Below are positions 56,951-64,000 of a DNA stretch of 64,000 nucleotides, in pieces. Numbering within the stretch: the first letter of the stretch is position 1; each line of letters opens with the position of its first letter. The notes below the pieces were generated by a model. The model ran no database searches and was not told where the DNA came from. It saw nothing but the letters and a program-made list of their open reading frames with translations. Both the position numbers and the translations under genes were made by a program. The DNA is from Williopsis jadinii (taxonomy: Eukaryota), in NCBI GenBank assembly GCA_024346625.1, contig AP024664.1:3224001-3288000 (forward strand), in the 5' to 3' direction.

Positions 56951-58360
56951 ATGTCTCTCAGACTCGCACAATCCGTCAGAGCCAACCCTCTTTTGAAGAA
57001 GAACACCGCGCAGCTGTTTGCTGCCAGATACTATTCCTCGTCTGAGAAGACGTTGAAGCAGCGTTTTGCTGAGCTCATCCCGGAGAAGGTTGACCAAATC
57101 AAGCAGTTGAAGAAGGACTACGGCTCCACTGTTATCGGTGAGGTCACCTTGGACCAGGCCTACGGTGGTATGCGTGGTATTAAGGGTCTTGTCTGGGAAG
57201 GTTCCGTGTTGGACCCAGTTGAGGGTATCAGATTCAGAGGTAAGACCATCCCAGACATCCAAAAGGAGTTGCCAAAGGCCGAGGGCGGTGAGGAGCCATT
57301 GCCAGAGGCTTTGTTCTGGCTCTTGTTGACTGGTGAGGTGCCAACCGTTGGCCAAACCAGAGCCTTGTCTGCCGAGTTGGCTGCCAGATCCTCCTTGCCA
57401 AAGCACGTTGAGGACATCATTGACAACTCCCCATCCCACTTGCACCCAATGGCTCAATTCTCCATGGCTGTTACTGCTTTGGAGTCCGAGTCCCAATTCG
57501 CCAAGGCCTACGCTGCCGGTGTCTCCAAGAAGGACTACTGGAACTACACCTACGAAGATTCCATCGACCTTTTGGCCAAGTTGCCAAACATCGCTGCCAG
57601 AATCTACCAAAACGTTTTCAAGGATGGTAAGCTTCCAGCCGTTAACAAGGATTTGGATTACGGTGCCAACTTGGCCAACCTTTTGGGTTACGGTTCCAAC
57701 GCTGAGTTTGTCGAGTTGATGAGATTGTACTTGACCATCCACTCTGACCACGAAGGTGGTAACGTCTCTGCCCACACCACCCACTTGGTCGGTTCCGCCC
57801 TTTCTTCTCCATTCTTGTCCCTTGCTGCTGGTTTGAACGGATTGGCTGGTCCACTCCACGGTCGTGCTAACCAAGAAGTTTTGGAATGGTTGGAGACCTT
57901 CAAGAAGGCTGTCGGTAACGATTTCTCCAAGGAGACCATTGAGAAGTACTTGTGGGATACTTTGAACGCTGGTAGAGTTGTTCCAGGTTACGGTCACGCC
58001 GTCTTGAGAAAGACTGACCCACGTTACACCGCCCAAAGAGAGTTTGCCTTGAAGCACTTGCCAGACTTTGACATGTTCAAGTTGGTTTCCGCTATCTACG
58101 AGGTTGCCCCAGGTGTCTTGACCAAGCACGGTAAGACCAAGAACCCATGGCCAAACGTGGACTCCCACTCCGGTGTCCTCTTGCAATACTACGGTTTGAC
58201 CGAGGCTTCCTTCTACACCGTTTTGTTCGGTGTCTCCAGAGCCTTTGGTGTCTTGCCACAATTGATCATTGACCGTGCCGTTGGTGCTCCAATTGAGAGA
58301 CCAAAGTCCTTCTCCACCGAGAAGTACATTGAGTTGGTTAAGAGCTTGAACTCCAAGTAA
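56951..58360 (+). CDS. CIT1: Mitochondrial citrate synthase
   Basis: Presequence from ATG 56951; [22 protein letters not shown]; strong codon bias; TATA near 56839. Confidence 0.98.
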   Translation: MSLRLAQSVRANPLLKKNTAQLFAARYYSSSEKTLKQRFAELIPEKVDQIKQLKKDYGSTVIGEVTLDQAYGGMRGIKGLVWEGSVLDPVEGIRFRGKTIPDIQKELPKAEGGEEPLPEALFWLLLTGEVPTVGQTRALSAELAARSSLPKHVEDIIDNSPSHLHPMAQFSMAVTALESESQFAKAYAAGVSKKDYWNYTYEDSIDLLAKLPNIAARIYQNVFKDGKLPAVNKDLDYGANLANLLGYGSNAEFVELMRLYLTIHSDHEGGNVSAHTTHLVGSALSSPFLSLAAGLNGLAGPLHGRANQEVLEWLETFKKAVGNDFSKETIEKYLWDTLNAGRVVPGYGHAVLRKTDPRYTAQREFALKHLPDFDMFKLVSAIYEVAPGVLTKHGKTKNPWPNVDSHSGVLLQYYGLTEASFYTVLFGVSRAFGVLPQLIIDRAVGAPIERPKSFSTEKYIELVKSLNSK

Positions 58361-58626
58361 ATTGTCTCTTAATTTATTATTAACGAAATGTGAAACGATG
58401 TGAATGTAAATGAAGTGTTGGGAGGGAATTTGAAGATTTGGATTCCTGTATATGGTTTATGATTGTGTTGATATTTGTCTTCTGAAAAACAACAAGTCGG
58501 AGAATCTCTCTCTCTTAAACATTTTCCTCTTTCTATTTATTAAATTTTGTAAGTAATGCTGTTTTATATATACAACAGCTATTTTGATATTCACTTATGT
58601 TGTAGCTGATTATTATGGCTTTTCTC

Positions 58627-58668
58627 ACGCGTGTTGGAGATCTGAAAAAAGAAAGTATTGAGACGCGT
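58627..58668. promoter_or_regulatory. Two MCB boxes upstream of CMR1
   Basis: ACGCGT at 58627-58632 and 58663-58668. Confidence 0.75.
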
Positions 58669-58714
58669 TCTTCACAATACACGCTAGGGAGATTACAGGC
58701 AGAAGCGGGCAGAA

Positions 58715-60274
58715 ATGGACGAGGTTTCTGAGTTCGAGAGGCAAAGACAAGCCAATATCGAGCGTAATAGAAAGCTGCTGGCTTCGTTAAACCTGAACTC
58801 CCTGTCCAATGAGATTTCAGAAAGCATCAAGCAAGAGGATGAGGCGTCGAAGAGGAAGAAGTCATCTTCAACAACGCAGAAGAAAACAAAGCGTCAAAAG
58901 GTAGAGGTTCAACCGATCAGACGCTCGAGAAGGTTGGCTGGTGTTTCAATTGATGATTCTGACTCAAAAGCACGTGAATTTGAGTTGGAAGAGGACAGGA
59001 GAAGACGTGAGCGTGAAGAGCTCGAGAAGTTGAAGACACTTCGTGTTGATGGTGATCTAAGTCTTTTAGACCTTGTGAAGGACCAGACGGTCAAATCGGA
59101 GGATGGCGAAGACAGTTCCAAGCTACTGGAGAAGTTCCAAAAGTTCTTGGGTAACTCAAAGTCCTTTAGCATTGGCGATTACTTCGAAACCATTGTAAAG
59201 AAGGATAACTCTTCCAAGGATGTTAAAAAGCTCAGAGAAGAGCTCGGCTCCAAGGAACTGTACACACACTTCAAACCCAATGATATAAAGCTCACCAAGG
59301 ATAGAATGACCTATATCTGTTTCCATCCTGATATTGATCGTAAACTGATCATTGGTGGTGACTCTACAGGTAACTTGGGAATCTGGAACTCGGAGAATAC
59401 CGACGATGTCGATATCTTATCCTTCAAATTGCATGGTAAGAATATAGCAAAGCTCGAATTCAACATGAATGACACGACGAAGGTCTACAGTGCATCGTAT
59501 GATGGGTCCATTCGCTCAATTGATCTACGCTCCATGAAGTCCTCACAGTTATTCATCAACGACTTTGACGTCGGTATCACTGACATAAATTACAACAACG
59601 ACAATGAAATGTACTACACAACAATGCAAGGACAATTCAGCAGAATTGACCTAAGAGCAGGCGATCACTCAAGAAGACAAGTTTTGAGATTGTCGAATAA
59701 AAAGATTGGTGGATTCACTACCAATCCGATGAATAAGAACCAGATTGCTACTGCCTCATTGGATCGAACTTTGAAGGTTTGGGATCTAAGAACAGTAACT
59801 ACGTGTGATTGGGATGAATGGGATGATAACCTGGAGACTCTTCACACTGTTGGCGTCTATGATTCAAGATTGTCAGTTTCCATCGTGGATTGGAATAGAT
59901 CTGGTGACCTTGTTTGTAACGGTTACGATGACACAGTTAACATCTTCAATCTTGGTGAGGACATCAGCACTAAACCTAAGAACTTCGCTATTGAAGGTGA
60001 TTTGACCCCAAGTCATCGTATCAAACACAACTGTCAAACGGGAAGATGGGTATCCATTTTGAAGGCAAGGTGGCAGCAATATACCCCGGATAAAGAAAAG
60101 TTTGTCATTGCCAATATGAACAAGTACTTTGACGTCTACGACCGAGATGGTCATCAGCTGGCACATTTGTCAAACCCACTGGTGACCAACGTACCAGCAG
60201 TGTGTAACTTCCATCCCACCCAGAATTGGCTTGTTGGTGGAGGTGCATCGGGTAAGGTCTACATGTTTTCCTAA
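58715..60274 (+). CDS. CMR1: WD40 protein Cmr1 / WDR76
   Basis: SEFERQRQANIERN, ATASLDRTLKVWDLR, HNCQTGRWVSILKA. Confidence 0.95.
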   Translation: MDEVSEFERQRQANIERNRKLLASLNLNSLSNEISESIKQEDEASKRKKSSSTTQKKTKRQKVEVQPIRRSRRLAGVSIDDSDSKAREFELEEDRRRREREELEKLKTLRVDGDLSLLDLVKDQTVKSEDGEDSSKLLEKFQKFLGNSKSFSIGDYFETIVKKDNSSKDVKKLREELGSKELYTHFKPNDIKLTKDRMTYICFHPDIDRKLIIGGDSTGNLGIWNSENTDDVDILSFKLHGKNIAKLEFNMNDTTKVYSASYDGSIRSIDLRSMKSSQLFINDFDVGITDINYNNDNEMYYTTMQGQFSRIDLRAGDHSRRQVLRLSNKKIGGFTTNPMNKNQIATASLDRTLKVWDLRTVTTCDWDEWDDNLETLHTVGVYDSRLSVSIVDWNRSGDLVCNGYDDTVNIFNLGEDISTKPKNFAIEGDLTPSHRIKHNCQTGRWVSILKARWQQYTPDKEKFVIANMNKYFDVYDRDGHQLAHLSNPLVTNVPAVCNFHPTQNWLVGGGASGKVYMFS

Positions 60275-60335
60275 ATAATCATAATGATATTGACATATAA
60301 TCCCGTTATTTGTTTAATTACAAAGTAGCTTGCAG

Positions 60336-61583
60336 TTATTTGTTGGACAAGTAAACGACACCTGGAAGTTCCTTACCTTCGAGCAACTCCAAAGAAGCAC
60401 CACCACCAGTGGAGACGTGAGACAACTTGTCAGCAACACCGTACTTCTTAGCAACGGTAGCAGTGTCACCACCACCAATGATAACAGTGTTACCAGCCTC
60501 GGCAGACTTGACAGCAGCATCAAGCATAGCCTTGGTACCAGCAGCAAAGTTGTCGAACTCAAAGACACCTGGTGGACCGTTCCAGACGATGGTCTTAGCC
60601 TTGGCAATGGCAGCATCGAACAACTCTCTGGTCTTTGGACCGTTGTCCAAACCTTGGAGGTGGTCTGGGATACCGGCCTCGGCAGTAGCGTAACCAACAG
60701 TAGCGTCAGCAGCAAACTTGTCAGCGGTGACGAAGTCGACTGGGAGAACAATCTCAACGTTGTTCTTCTTAGCCTTCTCGACCAATTGTGGGACAATCTT
60801 GGCACCCTCCTCATCGTAGATAGAGTCACCAATAGCGGTGTTGTCGATAACCTTCTTGAAGGTGAAAGCCATACCACCACCAATGATGAGGATGTCAACC
60901 TTGTCGAGCAAGTTGTCAATCAATTGGATCTTGTCGGAAACCTTAGCACCACCCAAGATGGCCAAGAATGGTCTGACTGGGTTCTCCAAAGCCTTAGCGA
61001 AGTAGGTCAACTCCTTGGACATGAGGAAACCAGCAGCTCTCTGTGGCAAATCGAAACCAACCATGGAAGAGTGGGCTCTGTGGGCAGTACCAAAGGCATC
61101 GTTGACGTAGACATCGGCCAAAGAGGTCAATTGCTTTCTGAACTTCTCAACATCCTCCTTGGAAGCCTTGACCTTACCTTCTGGGGTCTTCTTGGAACCT
61201 TCCTCCTCAATGTGGAAACGGAGGTTCTCCAAAAGGATGACCTGACCGTTGGTGGCCTTGTTCACAGCAGCCTCAACCTCTGGACCGACACTGTCGCTCA
61301 AGAACTCGACTGGTTGACCGAGAAGCTTCTGGAGCTCGGCAGCCACTGGAGCCAAGGAGTATTTGTCGTTCTTCTCACCGTTTGGTCTACCCAAGTGAGA
61401 GGCAAGGATCACAGCCTTTGGCTTGTGCTCCAAGACGTACTTGATGGTTGGCAAAGCAGCAACAATTCTTTGGTTGTTGGTGATGGTCTTGCCATCCAAT
61501 GGAACGTTGAAGTCAACACGGATGAAAACACGCTTACCTGCAACGTCGAGGTCGGTGACGGAGAGCTTACTTGAAAGAGACAT
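60336..61583 (-). CDS. PGK1: Phosphoglycerate kinase
   Basis: [29 protein letters not shown]; true ATG at 61583. Confidence 0.99.
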   Translation of the reverse strand: MSLSSKLSVTDLDVAGKRVFIRVDFNVPLDGKTITNNQRIVAALPTIKYVLEHKPKAVILASHLGRPNGEKNDKYSLAPVAAELQKLLGQPVEFLSDSVGPEVEAAVNKATNGQVILLENLRFHIEEEGSKKTPEGKVKASKEDVEKFRKQLTSLADVYVNDAFGTAHRAHSSMVGFDLPQRAAGFLMSKELTYFAKALENPVRPFLAILGGAKVSDKIQLIDNLLDKVDILIIGGGMAFTFKKVIDNTAIGDSIYDEEGAKIVPQLVEKAKKNNVEIVLPVDFVTADKFAADATVGYATAEAGIPDHLQGLDNGPKTRELFDAAIAKAKTIVWNGPPGVFEFDNFAAGTKAMLDAAVKSAEAGNTVIIGGGDTATVAKKYGVADKLSHVSTGGGASLELLEGKELPGVVYLSNK

Positions 61584-61649
61584 CTTTATCCGCCAGTATG
61601 TTAGTCCAAATGATCCAATTGACCGCCACACTTGTCTTGTAACACTCAC
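61584..61649 (-). other. Predicted 66-nt 5'UTR intron of PGK1
   Basis: GTGAGT...GACTAAC...AAG immediately followed by ATG; TATAAAA near 61740-61746. Confidence 0.8.
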
Positions 61650-62545
61650 TTTTGTTATGTAGGATGTAGTACAAACGGACTATGGGGAAAAGGGAATCAA
61701 TTGTTAATTGGAAACGCTAAAGGGGGCCTCAGCAATCCCTTTTATACTGCAGCAGACTGCGCTAGTACAGGCCACGCACTTGAACATATGGTGATGGCAC
61801 CAGCTGGACACAATTGACGAAAAAAGAACGACAGGTGGGCCGGGCCACTCCGGGTAGGGGAAACAGGCATTGGCGAGGACGAGACGATGTTGGTGCCGTT
61901 AGGTAACGTCGCCATGCGAACGACAACTGACGTTGTTGTTGTTGCTGCTGCTGTTGTTGTGTGATGTACGGTTTGACAGAATTCAACCGGGCAGGTTACG
62001 TGTCCTCTGGTGAGGTTGCTCCAGTTGATGTGGTTGATGAGCTCATCTGCCAGCGAAACCGGAATTTCGCTCCCGGTGATTCCACAGCACACAGACCGGG
62101 TCATCTGACTACGCAGTGGTTGTAGCAACAGGCAGACAGACGGAGCAGGGCATCTTTCACCAAGGAGCCGTCTCGTTATGCCCTAAGAAGCCACTGGTGC
62201 TGATGGACGGAGAAGGCAAAAAACCAGACACAGAGGCATTGCGAGTGCCATCTCAGCAGGCCTACAATTACGGATGGTTCCATTGCAGAATCATTTTACA
62301 ATCGCTATGGGAAATGTATACGAACTTCTATATCTGGATACACACCAGGAGAAGCCAAAAAATGGCTGCTCAAGCGTATCAGACTCAAACCGTGTAATAT
62401 TGATCTCGCATGCTGCTAGACTCCAGTTCGGTTCTCCACGGGGAATGGGAATATCCAATGGTAGAACACAGCAAAGGAACAGAGACAGCTGCTTGAAGTT
62501 TTTGAATGTGAAGAAGAGAAAGAAGGGTCGTTAAGGAGGAGGATA

Positions 62546-62611
62546 AAATTTTCACAGGCCTTTTTTATACGTCGCTAGCCTCCGAGGCTGCGGGCGGGCA
62601 GAGCTCATCGC
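62546..62611. promoter_or_regulatory. RRPE and PAC motifs
   Basis: AAAATTTTCA 62546-62555, GCTCATCGC 62603-62611. Confidence 0.75.
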
Positions 62612-62725
62612 AGCGCAGCATGGAAGGAAAAAAAATTCAGCTCTTAGGCACACACTACAAAGCACGCTGTGTGTTTGGAAAGGAAGTAGAGGTTGCCATA
62701 GTTTTCACCACTCGAGTCTGGAACG

Positions 62726-63670
62726 ATGAGCGAACACATCCCTGCCTGGAAACGTATTGGACTGAAAGTGAAAGAGGAGCTTGAACATGACCCTCTTGCC
62801 CTGACAACGCATCTGGATACTGGTAAGCTCACGAAGAAGCAACAGAAGAAGATCAACAACAAACGGGCGAGAGGCGTGGAGTCTGAAGAAAGCCAGGGTG
62901 AAAAGAAGGCTCCTAAAAGACAAAAGCTTCCTAAGGGCGACAGACCGCCGCCTCCGGAGAAGGATCAACTTGTGTATTTGAAAACGTACACCACTGACAG
63001 GGAGAATTGGAAGTTCTCTAAGCAGAAGCAGAATTGGGTCTTGAAGCATGTGAAGGTGATCGAGCCAGAGTACGAAGAGTACCTCATAAATTATTTCGCT
63101 GGCTTACAAGGTGGCGGTAAAGACAGAATGGCTCGTATACTAGGTGAAGTTTGCGAATCGTGGAATAAACTACAAGATGAGGAGCTCTCAAAGCCGAAAC
63201 CTGACGAAACAGAGGATGCCAAGGTTGTGGAGAAAGAGGATGGTAAAAGATCCAAACCGAAGAAGAAGGATCTACATGATGAGCTCACAAGTGTTGATGC
63301 TGACTATGCAATGAGAGCACAGAAAATACTGAAGGCTATGACAGGCGAAGCACCTGAACTGAAGGGTATTGATGATGAGAACAAGGTGGAAGAGATCCAA
63401 GATGGAACTTCAGAAGCTGCTAAGGAAAAAGATGAAGAGACCATAAACAAGGAACAACCTGAAAGTGTCGAGGAAGAGCCACAGACATTGACACAGGAGC
63501 CGTCCAAAGCAAATGACACCAGTAATCTTATCTTGGAATCTGTAGAGGTTTCAGATTACGTTTCTCAAAATGATATTGAGCAAACCGTAGAGGTTAACGG
63601 AACGAAGGAGGAAGAAAAACCAAAGAAGGACAAGAAGTATAAGAAGTCAAAGAAGTCGAAGGATCAGTGA
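62726..63670 (+). CDS. WKF-domain nucleolar protein (YCR016W-like)
   Basis: HIPAWKRIGL, WKFSKQKQNW, YFAGLQG; lysine-rich tail; ribosome-biogenesis promoter motifs. Confidence 0.85.
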   Translation: MSEHIPAWKRIGLKVKEELEHDPLALTTHLDTGKLTKKQQKKINNKRARGVESEESQGEKKAPKRQKLPKGDRPPPPEKDQLVYLKTYTTDRENWKFSKQKQNWVLKHVKVIEPEYEEYLINYFAGLQGGGKDRMARILGEVCESWNKLQDEELSKPKPDETEDAKVVEKEDGKRSKPKKKDLHDELTSVDADYAMRAQKILKAMTGEAPELKGIDDENKVEEIQDGTSEAAKEKDEETINKEQPESVEEEPQTLTQEPSKANDTSNLILESVEVSDYVSQNDIEQTVEVNGTKEEEKPKKDKKYKKSKKSKDQ

Positions 63671-63894
63671 ATACAACAAGGACACGAAAAGCAGTCGATA
63701 GAACCAAAACGTAATAGATTACTCCCATCATTATAATCCAACTTAGTAACCAGCAACCATCAGCTTTCTTGTACAATACCGCGCCCTCCTTCAATAAATC
63801 TACACCTACAGAAAAAAACAATCCCCAAACCCGTTTAAAAGCCGCCACTTGATAGTAAACATATCTCGCTTGTTGACAAGGCGCTTACCACGAT

Positions 63895-64000
63895 ATGTCG
63901 ACAGACTTCAAAAGTGCTGAGCAGAAGCTCAATGAGGTGCTTAACAAATTCCGTGACGTGGATCCGGATCTCAGATTTATGGCGCTCAACGATCTTAACA
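63895..64000 (+). CDS. CAND1 / TIP120-like cullin-associated protein, 5' fragment
   Basis: MSTDFKSAEQKLNEVLNKFRDVDPDLRFMALNDL resembles the CAND1 N-terminus (DKDFRFMATNDL). Only 35 codons are visible. Confidence 0.75.
   Translation, partial: MSTDFKSAEQKLNEVLNKFRDVDPDLRFMALNDLN

Noticed and set aside
56942..58261. 439-aa antisense ORF over CIT1
   Set aside because: Shadow of extreme codon bias: avoiding TTA, CTA and TCA removes antisense stops. No protein features.
58345..58400. Cryptic SKL on citrate synthase (ends NSK*, with GTAAAT across the stop)
   Set aside because: Readthrough gives X-IVS*, and I found no suitable branch point and acceptor that would yield SKL.
60314..60340. Cryptic peroxisomal PTS1 on PGK1 by stop readthrough
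   Set aside because: Readthrough gives X-LQATL*, which is not a PTS1. The CKL in another frame is not terminal.
60330..61574. 414-aa antisense ORF over PGK1
   Set aside because: Same codon-bias shadow.

Overview
This window is eukaryotic: a gene-dense stretch of a budding-yeast (Saccharomycotina) chromosome. CUG is read as Leu (conserved Leu in DPH1 motifs LLPSNY, SCLVPI and EVLGC are CTG). The short GT-AG introns with CTAAC branch points are suggestive of a Cyberlindnera/Wickerhamomyces-like yeast (inference only). I find about 30 protein genes: LAP2 (partial), BOP3, SHQ1, DPH1, COG6, VMA3, SNU13, a highly diverged DDB1-like protein, HUL4, RIP1, a DUF2235 hydrolase, CNS1, SLI15, PEX1, APS2, CDC8, an M20 peptidase, LCB3, a SOA1-like permease, a small single-TM protein, a soluble GGT, a pepsin-fold pseudoprotease, CLG1, KIP3, AIM6, CIT1, CMR1, PGK1, a WKF protein and CAND1 (partial). 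There is also an intron-containing tRNA-Lys(UUU) and a permease pseudogene. Nine spliceosomal introns missed by the ORF track were reconstructed by hand. Main leads: (1) a full-length DDB1-like gene in the syntenic slot of uncharacterised YEL025C, with a WDR76/CMR1 gene and a CAND1 gene in the same window; (2) a possible sulfur-scavenging module at 32-43 kb with Met31/32-like motifs; (3) a secreted aspartic-protease homolog lacking both catalytic motifs; (4) a PGK1 5'UTR intron ending exactly at the ATG; (5) a gene relic just upstream of the tRNA. All homology and synteny calls come from recalled motifs and gene names, not from database searches.
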